63,701 nt of DNA, filler included, from Folioceros fuciformis (GCA_049999805.1; 9 parts of 9 records of this genome joined end to end with filler, not necessarily neighbours in it); one strand, 5' to 3'. Positions 47,701-59,757 are shown, counted from the whole stretch's first letter. Made by a program: numbers and translations. The notes: generated from the sequence alone by a model not told the origin.

Positions 47701-48358
47701 TAGCCACCCAAATCCGCCACGATTTGCCCGCCTCACAGAATTAGCAGCTAATCATCAGGCTCAGTGAGCGCTTACATACTGTACATGTGCCATGCTTCGC
47801 CCGCCTTTCCAAATCGGGAGGCGGCCGCATCCACGCGCGGGGCCCGCCTGACCTGCTGCCCACCGCCTACGCCCGGTCGCCAGGTGCTGTCACGGCGCGC
47901 CGCGCAGCGCCGCGCCATCGCCACCGCCACGCGTTTCGGCCCTTCTTTCTTTTTCCCCCTTTCTTTTTTCTTTTCTGCGTGCCTTTCCGGCGCATGGGCA
48001 AGAGGCAGGGGCAGAGGCTGAGACAGAGACAGAGACAGAGCCAGAGACACAGAGGCAGAGACAGAACCAGAGCCAGAGCCAGAGGCCCAGGCTCAGGCCA
48101 CGCACCTCTTTTACTGCCTGCTCCCTTCATTCATTTCTTACATACGTTATCTAACGGGGAAAATCATGCGCCCATGAGCCTCCCCAAGCCTGGTTGACCC
48201 GCCAGCTTAGTAGTGATAAGTAGAATCTAACTCCGCCTCACCTTACTATTTAATTCACCTTGAATGTGAGGGCAACCTCGATTATCTGCAACCAGATCAT
48301 GCGCCTCTCTTCCTGCTCCAGCTCCTCCTCCTCCTCCCCCTCCTCCCCCTCCTCCTCC
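44785..48358. repeat. GC-rich non-coding contig made of mixed microsatellites
   Basis: (GGAAA)n, (GCT)n, (GCTT)n, (CCGGG)n, (GAGAC)n, (CCCTT)n, (GCCTCC)n and (AGAGAC)n tracts. The ORFs here are repeat translations. Confidence 0.8.
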
Positions 48359-48458
48359 NNNNNNNNNNNNNNNNNNNNNNNNNNNNNNNNNNNNNNNNNN
48401 NNTTAATTAATTAANNNNNNNNNNNNNNNNNNNNNNNNNNNNNNNNNNNNNNNNNNNN
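48359..48458. other. Artificial contig linker
   Basis: N44-TTAATTAATTAA-N44. Confidence 0.98.
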
Positions 48459-48598
48459 GAGGAAACTGTATTTAGGACCTCAGAATCTGAACTGCTGCGA
48501 CGTGACTCCTCACAAAGATCAGTCTGTCTTGAGCATTATATCGCTTCAGATTCGCGGTAGGCGCAGGAGTGACTCAAAGGTGTTCTCAGCCGAGCAAA

Positions 48599-50682
48599 AT
48601 GTCGTTGGCGATGCCGGACGCAAGGGTTGTGGTGGGTCTGGATTTCGGGACGACCTTCTCTGGCTTCGCCTACGCTCACAAGGCGTGTCCCAACGATATC
48701 TACAAGTTTTACGAATGGCCGGATTCCAGCACGGCAGGAGGAAGGCCCTATTGCAAGACGGAGACGAGTCTGTACTATGCTGCAAGAGGCCATGGGAATT
48801 ATAGCTATGAGCTTGAGAGTTGGGGATGGACAGCGCTTCTTGCCCACAGAAAGGCCACCCAAGAGGGTGCGAGAGCTCGGGCCCGCTCGAATCAGCTGGG
48901 TTTGGATGGCACGCCGGCAGAAAGGGTGGGGGTTTACATGAACAAGTTCAAGCTGCATCTGGCAGGGAAGGACAACGTCTCTAGCAGCATGCTTGGGCCT
49001 CTCACTGCCGGAACATTACCTACTGGATTAACTGTAGACAGATTGATAGTCGATTATCTTGGAAAAATAGCCGCATTCACTATGGAACAACTGCGGAAGC
49101 AGTATGGGGATCAGCTGACGACACAGGATGTAAGTTTCCAATTTCTACCGCTCGTCCCCGGCGCGCTCGAATGCATGATTCCTAACACGTCCTCACAAGT
49201 TGCAACCGGACCCACATGCGCGCAGGTTCAGTGGTGCCTCACGGTGCCTGCGATTTGGGACGACAGAGCCAAGCAAATGATGAAGAATTGCGCCCAAAAG
49301 GCTGGAATGGTGTGTGGTCCCCTTACCCCAGCAGGTGTCTTGGCAAGTCCACACCCGCTTCTGATCATCTTGGAGCCGGAGGCAGCTTCCATGTACTGTT
49401 GGACCAAGGCCACTCATTTGGAACTGCAGCTGCGGGATCAAATTCTCATAGCAGACATTGGTGGAGGTACTTCCCTATTTATCGATTATTGTGCACTGCC
49501 ATAACAAAAATTATTTCCCATTTACTTTGGTGCCTGTCCAGTCTACAACATTGTCACCTTCAAATTTTATACCGTTCTTCGTACTGCCTTTCACGCCTAT
49601 TCTGCATCCTAATTTCAAACGTGTGGAGTCCAGGGACAGTGGACATTGTGGTCCATGCCAAGGACAACGAGGACTCTCGACACCACTGTAAACTGAGAGA
49701 AGTAATGCCCAGTTCTGGCGGCCTATGCGGTGGTACTTACGTCGACCAAAACTTTTTCGAATTTCTATGTAGCCGAATAGGGTGCTTCAGAGATTGGGTC
49801 CCCGAAAACCAGTCCTTATTCCTGAACTTGCAAGGCCGGTGGCAAAACATCAAGAGCATATTTGATGGTCGGCAGGACAACGAACATGTGCTGGATTTGC
49901 CTTCCAGGCTTGCTAGAGAATGGGAGAGGCACGACCAGCTCAAAAAACGGAAGCCAAGAAGTATGGGTTACGAGGAACTATGCCTGTCTTCAACGGACAT
50001 GAAGGGAATATTTGATCCTGTTGTCGATGAAATCATCCGTCTCATAGAAGCCAGTATGACTGCACATGTGAAAGTGATGATGGTTGTTGGAGGGTTTTCG
50101 GCGTCTCCTTACTTGATTTCCAGGATTGTGGACAGATTTGCTACAAGGGTGAAGAAAATTATCAACCCACCTGATCCAGGGTGCGCAATATGTCATGGTG
50201 CTGTTCTGATGGGGATTGCCTCTACGAGTAGCATAAGGTCTCGCATCTGCCGTAGAACGTATGGAACTAATGTCGCAAGGGACTTCCTGCCAGGTACAGA
50301 TCCGAGCGACAAACATTTCCTTGCTGATGGCGTAGCCATGTGTGACGATGTATTCGAATTGTACGTTCAGAAAGGGACGGAGGTGGAAATTGATACTTGC
50401 GTGTCCCATACTTTCATCCCAGCATACCGTGGCCAGAGACGGATGAAGATTGGAGTCTTTAGTTGCCCTGCCGACGCAACGCCGCAATATGTCACGGATG
50501 GAGGAGTGGTTTGCGAAGGGAGCTTCGTCATGGATATTACAGATGGTCTGGAATTAGACAAAAAACGAGTGGTTCGAGTCTCCATGTATTTCGGCCGGGC
50601 GATGATAGAAGTTCGTGCGCAGAGGGAAAATTTTGGGAACAGAGAGCTTGTGGAATTACTTAACATGGATCTTGATGCATGA
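48599..50682 (+). CDS. Atypical Hsp70, HSPA12-type actin-like ATPase, 3 exons
   Basis: VVVGLDFGTTFSGFAY, KFKLHL, WCLTVPAIWDDRAKQMM, LEPEAAS, DIGG|GTVD, CGGTYVD, VGGFSASPYL. Introns at 49130-49225 and 49467-49633. No canonical EEVD tail. Confidence 0.9.
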
Positions 50683-51769
50683 GTTGGTTTCGCTCATCCC
50701 TGCGCTGCGCACCGATGACCCGATCAACAAAACTTTGCGGGCTCTTTCATCTGCTTTCGATTACCGCATCAGCGTACGAAGTTTCAATTGGCTGGTGTTG
50801 TAACACATTTCGTTTTGTTTTGTTCACTCCATTAAGGTCTAGAAAGTGAGGAAGTGACTTTGATAACCACATCTTGTTCCTTGACATTTGAAGTGAAAAA
50901 TAATAAAAATATTCCTACAGCTTCACGGGTATAAAGTCGCAGAACCCTGTGCTTATGATTCACGATGCAATGAAAGCCCGGGAGGGATTTGATAGGCCGG
51001 GGTGGAGCACAACCTGAACAGAATGTCACTGCTCCGTTTCACTGCGAAGGCCAAGTCCACTGAACAACAGGTCGCCTTCATTCATGGACTGTTGTCCGAG
51101 AACCAAAGGAAACAACACTCACCGCGGCCTCGTGTACTGCTGACTGAGCTCCTCCACAGGACGACTCTCTCCTCTACTCTCGCGAACGCAGTGTTTGGTC
51201 ACGGAAAGCCGGAAGGCACGTCTTAGATCCAGTCAGGCCGGAAACGAGCTCCTCTACGACGGGCATCGTCCTGGGTGCGGGGCATCACCTGCCGTGTTCC
51301 CCCGCATTCCACTCTGCTACAGAGCACCAAGGCCGGGCCGCCATTGATTCACCCATCCGCTCCACCTTCTAGATCTGACCACAACCTACGTAGCGCTTGA
51401 TGGTGAGCTCTCCTGAACTGCTCCACAGCCATCCAACGATGTTGTCCCTGTGCCGCACCCTTTGCCTGCATACTTGCGTCCAAAGTCTCCCATGACCTCG
51501 GACCAAACTCTGTTAACTTCAAACCAAGGATACAACGAGCTCGGCAAAACCAAGGGCTTTCTGGAGCCTCGAACTTGAAACATGTATCTCTTGTGCCGTC
51601 CATGCATGGTTCATTCCAACTCCTTCGGTTTCTATTAAAAATAATCAAATAATAATTGTATCTATTTATATAAATTCTTACTGACTTAATTTAAAGTATA
51701 CCGTCCCTATGGATCATAACAAGCATAAGTTGTGTTGCCCAACAGCCATAAGGGTTGCTTATGTACTGT

Positions 51770-51869
51770 NNNNNNNNNNNNNNNNNNNNNNNNNNNNNNN
51801 NNNNNNNNNNNNNTTAATTAATTAANNNNNNNNNNNNNNNNNNNNNNNNNNNNNNNNNNNNNNNNNNNN
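51770..51869. other. Artificial contig linker
   Basis: N44-TTAATTAATTAA-N44. Confidence 0.98.
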
Positions 51870-53169
51870 TGTGGACTTAGGCTAGAAAACAGGGATGTCG
51901 TGACTTAGCGACGGTAGTGGAAGCTGAACCACCGTCGTGGAAGACCAACCAGCGGTAGTGGAACCTGGGCGACCTGGCCAGTATAAAACCCTAAGTGAGT
52001 CATAGGGGTTCAGTCGCAATTCGAACAGGAGCGCAACTAGGAGGTTGGGGAGTGGAAGCGGAAGTAGAGCGGAGCGCAACTTCGGCAAGGGGTGGAAGCA
52101 AGCACAGCAGCAACGGAGCAAGGTGGAGGCGGTGCAGCGGACAACCAAATTCGCGAGGAGACAAGGCTCCTAGGATGAGGCGAGAGAATATCGCGGTTCT
52201 ACCGATGGTGGAGGAAGCGGCTAGAGAGGAGGAGCAACCTTCTGTGCCGAGGGTGGAGTTGGCCTTCTAGCCAAAACATGGAGCACTGGCGGGTTAGAGC
52301 CGGAGGGCTAGTGGAGGAGCTAGGCCTCGAGTTCATGGCCCAACGATGGAACCACATAGCTCCTGGCCTGGTTTGGGAGTGCACCCAGCGACTGAGGAAA
52401 CCAGTGAGGGAGGAAGGAATTCGAGGTAGGTTGTAGGACTAGAATCTAGAGTTGATGTAGCGCGTGTATGGGTGCAAACAGGAGGAGGAGGGTCGACTCG
52501 TGTTAGAGTCCATGAAGAAGCGCAAAACTGCAGCGGCTGCTGCGACACTGTTCAAGGCTGGAACCAGGAGAGAAGCCAATGGGTGGCTGGTCAAAGACAT
52601 GGCGGCTGCCCAGCTGATGGGGCTGGCGAGGTGGCTCCTGTGTTTTATGCAGATCCGAAAACAAGACTACCTCTCTGACCAAATGCTCCTGTTTGTGCAT
52701 GAGGTAGTTAAGGGCAGTCAGCCGGATTGGGGCAGGATCCTGTGCATGAGGTAGTTAAGGGCAGTCGGCTGGATTGGGGCAGGATCCTGTACGACAGGAT
52801 GAGTGAGGAGAGGCAGAACTTGGCCTCACCCTCTCCTCGACCTTCTATGATTTCTCCTTTTCTGGTACACACCTATTGCTATGCTAACCTCATGTCTGAA
52901 GTAGAAGTAATCGCCTCCCTGCACATGTGGAAGCCGCTTAGGGAGGTGAAGTGGAAGCTCGTGGAGTCGAAGGAAGTCGACTCCAGCAGTTGGGAGTCGG
53001 GAGGCACGGAGAGTTCAGAGGAGGAAGCCCCGACCAGGCAGAAAACGAAGGTGGGAACAGGGCAGAGAACTCCTGCCAAAAGGAGGAAGACTGGTGGGCA
53101 AGTCACCAATGTAGGGTTATTCAAGCCCAATGTGCTTAGGCTAATGTGTTTAGTCTAAGATTAGTGTCT
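51870..53169 (+). mobile_element. Probable retrotransposon fragment with a decayed accessory ORF
   Basis: The contig starts TGT and has TATAAAACCCTAA at about 51982. A broken ORF (PDWGRILYDRM..MISPFLVHTY) contains an internal ~48-bp direct duplication at 52694-52790. No RT or integrase was seen. Confidence 0.35.
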
Positions 53170-53269
53170 NNNNNNNNNNNNNNNNNNNNNNNNNNNNNNN
53201 NNNNNNNNNNNNNTTAATTAATTAANNNNNNNNNNNNNNNNNNNNNNNNNNNNNNNNNNNNNNNNNNNN
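53170..53269. other. Artificial contig linker
   Basis: N44-TTAATTAATTAA-N44. Confidence 0.98.
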
Positions 53270-54261
53270 GAGGGGGCTAGATGGCACGAAGGGGGGAGGG
53301 CGAGCTGGATGGCAGGAAGGGGGGAGAGGGGTAGCGAGAGATTTGGCTAGGGTGGTGGCAAGTTTTTTTTTCAATCCGAAGAAACATTCACATATATCTG
53401 TCAAATGTCTGGTTTGGTTTTGGCCTTTTGGCCTTCAAAGTCACGTACGCCCCAAAGGGGGACGCATAACCGGTGTGTTTGTAAAAAATCCTAGAGAGAG
53501 AGGGCGTGTCCCCTTTGGTATGCTATAGAGATTCTGGTGACAGAGAGAGAGTTCTTCGTGCTCGGGCCCCTGCAACTTTCTCGTCTTCTGCATTCAGTGA
53601 ATCTCAATCTTCGCGCCTCAGTCCACGAACATGTTGTCCACAAACGCGTTCACAGGGTTGCTTGGGCCACAATCAGGGGCTGTATTGGCCTCCATTACAC
53701 ATCTTTTGGGTTTACTGCTCATTACGGTTCCAAGGGTTCCTCTAGTATTGATTCTACGAAAACGCTCCTTCACTTTGCCCACACTCAACCTCCTCCCTTT
53801 TAATCCTTGTCAAAGCTATGGGTGTCAGCTGTGACTGCAACCCATACTATACTGTACCATCAACCAGGTTAGCTTCCCTCTATGTTTGTAACAAGCGTAT
53901 GCAACTTTAGTGCAATGTGATACATTCTCAAGGCTAGCCACAGGCCATTGCTTATCCAAAACTGCAAGGTTCACAATGCCCACATTCTACACTTGCACAT
54001 TGTCTTGGAGCCCTAAAAACCACCGCATGTACATGAAAGGTTCTGAGGAATATTCACGTAAAACATATTGTTGAAAAGAAAAAAACCTAATTGCAGACCC
54101 TATGTATGTCCAGATAGGTATTCCATACTCTCTTCCACAAAGTATTCGCACATTTATTTATTGCTGCTCTTCCATAAGGTAGCTTTTAGATTATAATTCT
54201 TCATTGCCAAGTAATAGAGTACATATAAGGGGCATTAAGGTATGGAATACCGATACAGATA

Positions 54262-55382
54262 GGGATTCTTACATAGATATTTAAGGGCGGTGGTATATGG
54301 TGCAAAGATAAGGGACATAGGGTTTGTGCCCATTTCGGTCATAGGGCAGAAAGTAGCAAAGATAAGGAACATAGGGTTTGTGCCCATTTCGATCATAGGG
54401 CAGAAAGTAGGTGTCCCGATCGGGACACTTACTTTCTTCCTTCCCTCACATCCCAATACACTTACACTCACTTCTTTTTTAAGTTAGTTAGGACACCGAT
54501 GATGGAGAGGGCGCGCTCATAACCGATGAGGTCAATTGCGGCAAGTCACTGGACGGCACGGAGGGGCAGGTTCTGGAGACAGTTTTTGACAGCGCTGAAG
54601 ACTGCCCATCCTCCCCAGACCTTGGCGGTGGCATCTCGCACTCTTCAGTGGCCTCCTACCCTAAGCTGTGGGCAGGCCCCACGCAGCGCATCGCTCTTCC
54701 TACCAGTGTTGCTACCACACTCGGTGGGCCAGATGTTCCCACAAGGGAAGTGGCTGTGTCTGATGGGCGCACTCCCCCGGCGTCGTGCCGCGATCTCGAC
54801 ACTCAAAGTGTCCGCCATGCATGTAAGTAGCGAACAGAGGGAATGAGAAGAGGCACTTCTCGCAACGTGGCAGTCAACCTTCCTGGCCATGGAGGAGTTG
54901 TGCAGCACCATGCCAGATGCAATGAAGGCGAAGAGCAAGGCAGGGACAAGCCACATTGGTGGCCGAACCGCAGCGGATACTGCACTCTTCTTTAAGATCC
55001 TTGGTAGCCTGCTAGACCGAGCTGCAATGACAAAGGGGATGCGGACGCTGGAGCTGATGCCCTCACCAACCTCCAATACACCAAGCTTAGAAACTTCACA
55101 CACTCTATCCAATAAGACAAAGATTCTTTAAAGACTGTGTCCCTTTCGCGACACAAGCTCATAAACTTCACACACTCTGTCTAATGAGACAGAGATTCTT
55201 TAAAGACTGTGTCCCTTTCGGGACACAAGCTCAAAAACTTCACACACTCTGTTCAATGAGACAGAGATTCTTTAAAGAATGTGTCCTTTTCGGGACACAA
55301 AGTGGTTAGAGACATTTAAAACAATTTGGTATACGGTTGGATGATGTGGCAAGGTATAGTATAGGAATATTTTTGAGAAGCC
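54262..55382. mobile_element. Mutator-like non-autonomous element with subterminal hairpin repeats
   Basis: Flanks ATACAGATA (54253-54261) and ATACAGAAT (55383-55391) resemble a 9-bp TSD. Degenerate termini are GGGATTCTTAC...AATATTTTTGAGAAGCC. There are 2x54-bp repeats on the left and 3x72-bp repeats on the right. Confidence 0.6.
55091..55300. repeat. 3 x ~72-bp tandem repeat, each with a TGTGTCCC-N4-GGGACACA hairpin
   Basis: Units start at 55091, 55163 and 55235; hairpins at 55136, 55208 and 55280. Confidence 0.9.
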
Positions 55383-56752
55383 ATACAGAATATTTGCATA
55401 TAAAATACGTAGTGAAAAAAATGACTCTGTAATCCCTATTCGCATCGGTCTTCCATATTAAGGGCTTTAGGGTTTATGGCTCTAAGGAACACTCTTGTGA
55501 AAGCTTCAATGAGCCCATGAAGGTTCAAATAATCTCTCAAACACAACATCTTATGGAATTTGGAGCCACGATGACACACATGCCCTCAAGCTATATGAAC
55601 CCACTCATTTTCTTATAAGTTACATGTAATTTTTTAGGAAATATAAGATTGTGGGTGGTACATTCTGTTGGTATAGATAAGCTCATCTCATCTCATCTTA
55701 GGCTTACTATGATTATGATTATATATTATACACACCTATAGCATATATATAATAGATAGGTGAAATATATTGTATCTAAAGTACAATTTTAGGTCGTCCT
55801 TTCTTATGTTTATTTTATTTTCAAAATATTTAAATTTCATAACGTAATGCTTAGGATAGCTATATGAAAGAAAACATCTCTTTCTCCACAAAGAAATAAT
55901 AATAAAAAGATTTACCCTTATGTAAATAAAATGAGAGTAAATTGGTCGCCTTATGTTGTTTAGTAGATTGGGATACTGAAACTTAACACATGCCAAGAAC
56001 GAAGAAGAAATAAAGGTGGATCTTCGTATTTTCGTATAGATATGCCCTTAATATGCTCTCTAATAAACAGTTAGTTAGACATCTTTATAAATTTTAAAAC
56101 ATAAAGTTATGATTATTTGTATTATAAAAGATACGCACAAATTTAATTTTAAAAATTTGCTTACTTTTATGACATATCAACCAAAAATAAGATGTGATAC
56201 CAAATGGTTCAATAACAAATAAATTGACATCAACCATAACATGGAAATTTTAAATATTAGGTTCCATGTTATAAATTTGATGCTATATTTACCTCTTGAA
56301 ATTCATGCACTTTTAAAGTGATTTCATGTTCTTTTGATATATATTTTTATGATATAATATATTTTCTAAAATAACACCATCTATAAATGAAAGATATTGT
56401 TAGAAATTATAAAATATACTCTTCTCACTAAATGCATGTAGACTTAAAATAAAAAATCTATACATTATCCATAACATATAGATAAATCATAAAAAAAGTC
56501 AAATATTTTCATATAAAAAAACAAATTTAATCAATTCATGAAATTAGTTTTTGATGCATAATTTTTTGATATGGGAGAAGATGTTAGTATAAATTACATC
56601 ATGAATGCTGAAAGACATCCTCTTCAAAGTCATTCAAGAATATTAAAAGGTTTGAAATAATTTATTTCTAACTTACAAAAAAAAAAAAGATTGATGCTGG
56701 AGCATGGATTAACGTTAATAAAGAAAGTGGTATAACTTTTGACCTTGTGCAG

Positions 56753-58358
56753 AAGAATTTCATGGAAAACAACACTCACACTACTATCCGGTGTTCATAG
56801 TCACATGCATAGGATTTCTGTTTTGTCTATTGCTCATTACGGGATCTTATCGTTGGTGGGTGGAACGACTCCAAGGCCTTGGAAGGAAGGGAGATTACTT
56901 GCGGAAAATTCTGAAGCCCAAAGGGCTCATCTCAGCAGATCAGGTTTGGCAAGTGCCTGCCCATCGGTTCCTGCAGTGTGTCCGTTTTTCTTCGTTCAAA
57001 CTTCGAAAGAATGAATATAGGGTGCGCTTTGGCTGAGGAAGGAGAAGTACCAGGATTCGCTGAGAGAAGTGAGAGTCGCGCTCCAAGAGGATCCTGACTC
57101 CGCTGATCTACTCCACGAACTATTCGAAGTAATCGAAGGACTTTGCCAAATTGAGGGCTTGCTTCAGAGGAATACAGGGAAGTATCACATCAAGGCAAAG
57201 GAGCAGTTTCACCTCCTGAAGGAGCATTTCTTCAAGCGAGATAGCACGTACAGCTTTGCAGCATGGCCCTTTGCCACTGGTTTCACCGGGGCCTTGGAGC
57301 GAGAGATGTCATACGCAACTGGCCAATACTCGGAGGAGGCTGCAATGCTTCAGCTGAGCATGGAGGAAACAATGTCTCCTGCACTGACTGCTGCACGAAG
57401 GGCGTCGGAAGAGCTCGGCAAGAGGAGGACAATAGGAAAGGCGGGGACCTCCGACGGGTTCAGAATCGGGGCGCATGGTGTGGATAGTCTTGGCCTCTTC
57501 TTCGGAGGGGGGCGGGATGATCCGGCCGGGGACTCCGGGTATGGGAAAGGCAAGGCGAGAGGCAGGCGAAGGGAAGGGGAGCCGGATGGATCGAAGGACA
57601 GCGGAAGCCTTGTTTCCAGTGTGTGCGATTCGGCTGAGGAAAGTCCGCACGAGCAGGCCTCCGAAGCAGATGAGCAGCACAAGGGCAAAGATCTGGTGGA
57701 ACTCCTGGATCAGGTTTTGACACCGGCAGGGTCTTCCTCCGCATCCAATTCTCCGCGCTCACGAGAGGCAGCAGCTCCTGCGCGCCAAACCCTGCCAGAA
57801 GCCATGGACAAGGTGCTGGAGTCAGTCGGCAACCTTGCAGGGTTAGCAAGAAGCACGAAGCTGGATCCAAAGGTTGCCAAGGGTTTGGGAGACCTGGCCC
57901 TTGCCGCCAGGACGATGTTCACACAGGCGGACGCTACTCTGGTGAACGCAGATGCATTTCAGGACGCCTTTGATAAACAACTGCAAGCAGCCAAAGAGGA
58001 GAAGACAGCACACCAGGGCAAGGCCACGTTGAGACAGACGTTCACCAAAGCACATCTGGTAGGCGAGCCTCAGGCTTCGGTGGAGGAGGAGGCTCCACCG
58101 CCCCAACCACACCACTTATGGCCACGCGGATCCCGCCTCAACGAGATGAACGTCGGAGGCCTCAAGAATCTTCCAGGCATGAAAGTGCGCCTCGTGCAAT
58201 TAGACAAGGATCGCCATGAATCCGGCGACGAAGCCATGGCCAGATCTCAGCTGGGGCAGTCGTCCAAACAGCCTCGCCCTCGGCGCCGGTCATTACTCAT
58301 GCGGCGAGTGCGAGCCAAACTCACTAGACGAATCAAACGCACAAACAATTCTTTATAA
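56753..58358 (+). CDS. Unknown protein, terminal exon with one TM helix; 1-bp frameshift near 57030
   Basis: Acceptor TTGTGCAG at about 56752, a hydrophobic helix VFIVTCIGFLFCLLLITG, and a 429-aa ORF at 57069-58358 whose base composition contrasts with the AT-rich upstream DNA. Product not recognised. Confidence 0.55.
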
Positions 58359-58365
58359 TTTAAAT

Positions 58366-59574
58366 TCACTTTACAGCTGTTTTGAGGGTTCCCCGAGCGA
58401 CACCGAGGTTATACTTAGCCTTGTCCATTAGCCTAACACTCTTCAACTCACAAGCCAGCCTATAGAAATTTTCAAACTTCTCCTCAGCCCGTTGGGCCTG
58501 CTTCTGTCTATTATAAAGTATGCCAAGCTTACAACTAGCTCGAGCCTTGTTGTCCAAGTCAGTACCTTGAGCTGACTCCAGAAACTGCTCCATATGGCCA
58601 GTGGCTGCTTTAGCATCTCCATTTGCCTCATAAGCTATGGACAATGCTTCATGAGCTTTGCTCTCACCCAAAATGTCCTTCAATGTTGCACATATCTCAA
58701 GATATTCCTTTTGATATTTTAGTGTTGTTTCATGTTTCCCCAACCTTTCATACAAGATGCCTATGTTATACTTGGCCTCCCCAAGGGCCTCCTGGTTACC
58801 ACATATTGTGGCCATAGTTACAGCCTTTTCCAGAAATTCAATACCTTCTAAGGGACTATCACCTCTAATCTGTCCAGCATACAAGACATACACTTTAAGC
58901 AGGTTTACAGCTGCATTGATGATGTCATGGAGACTTTTCCCAGTTTCACCCAACTTCAAATACTCTTCATAACATGTTGTGGCTTTGGGTATATCATCTA
59001 ACCTCTCATACACTTTTCCCAAATTATGTTTCACCTCACACAAATGGCTGTTTCGTTTGCTAAATTGATCGGCAACAATGTTACACTTTGCATAACAATA
59101 TATGGCTTTGTTCAATTCACCAGAGACCTCTAAGGTTTTAGCTATTTGGAGTCTGGCATGGAACAATTTTTCATAGTCATAAGATCTACCAACCAACTCT
59201 GCTGTGATGAAATTTGTGCTCAAGGGTTCTAGAGTTGCTTCAATTCTAGCTTGCTTTACTAATGGAGGTATAGGCATGTCGTTAATATCTAACTTTCTCA
59301 ACTCTCGATCCTCCTCTCCGTGTGTGAGCTCAAAAAATTCTATGAAAGCCTTTGGATGTCCAGACGCAAGCATATTGACACAACATATTTGTTGCTTGGG
59401 TACTATCATTTTTGTTAACCCAATATCGGCAGGTCTATACTCATTCTCTAATTTCTCATAAAATCGTGCTCTAGTTTCTGCAACAGTTATTGTAGCTTCC
59501 TTTGGTTTCACAATCGAGTAGTTCGAAGCTGTGCGAGCAGATTTCGAGAATCTCTTAATAGCGTGGTGAGACAT
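58366..59574 (-). CDS. TTC29: Tetratricopeptide repeat protein 29-like (flagellar), single exon
   Basis: QICCVNMLASGHPKAFIEFFELT resembles the TTC29 N-terminal block. Multiple TPRs (HNLGKVYE, AKYNIGILYE, ASCKLGILYN) and C-terminal AKYNLGVARG. Confidence 0.75.
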   Translation of the reverse strand: MSHHAIKRFSKSARTASNYSIVKPKEATITVAETRARFYEKLENEYRPADIGLTKMIVPKQQICCVNMLASGHPKAFIEFFELTHGEEDRELRKLDINDMPIPPLVKQARIEATLEPLSTNFITAELVGRSYDYEKLFHARLQIAKTLEVSGELNKAIYCYAKCNIVADQFSKRNSHLCEVKHNLGKVYERLDDIPKATTCYEEYLKLGETGKSLHDIINAAVNLLKVYVLYAGQIRGDSPLEGIEFLEKAVTMATICGNQEALGEAKYNIGILYERLGKHETTLKYQKEYLEICATLKDILGESKAHEALSIAYEANGDAKAATGHMEQFLESAQGTDLDNKARASCKLGILYNRQKQAQRAEEKFENFYRLACELKSVRLMDKAKYNLGVARGTLKTAVK

Positions 59575-59657
59575 TTTGGAAATCCTCACAAACTACAAGC
59601 CTTTGGAATGCAAACTACAAGCCTTGGAGGTCAAATAATCCTCTCATCTATTAGAAC

Positions 59658-59757
59658 NNNNNNNNNNNNNNNNNNNNNNNNNNNNNNNNNNNNNNNNNNN
59701 NTTAATTAATTAANNNNNNNNNNNNNNNNNNNNNNNNNNNNNNNNNNNNNNNNNNNN
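59658..59757. other. Artificial contig linker
   Basis: N44-TTAATTAATTAA-N44. Confidence 0.98.

Noticed and set aside
48115-48136. miR159/319-like match (GCTCCCTTCA); also a miR166-like CCAGGCTTCA at about 46002
   Set aside because: Only about 10-nt matches, with no foldback precursor seen.
55091-55300. CRISPR-like array of palindromic repeats
   Set aside because: The sequences between the hairpins are themselves repeated (no unique spacers), no cas genes are present, and the context is eukaryotic.
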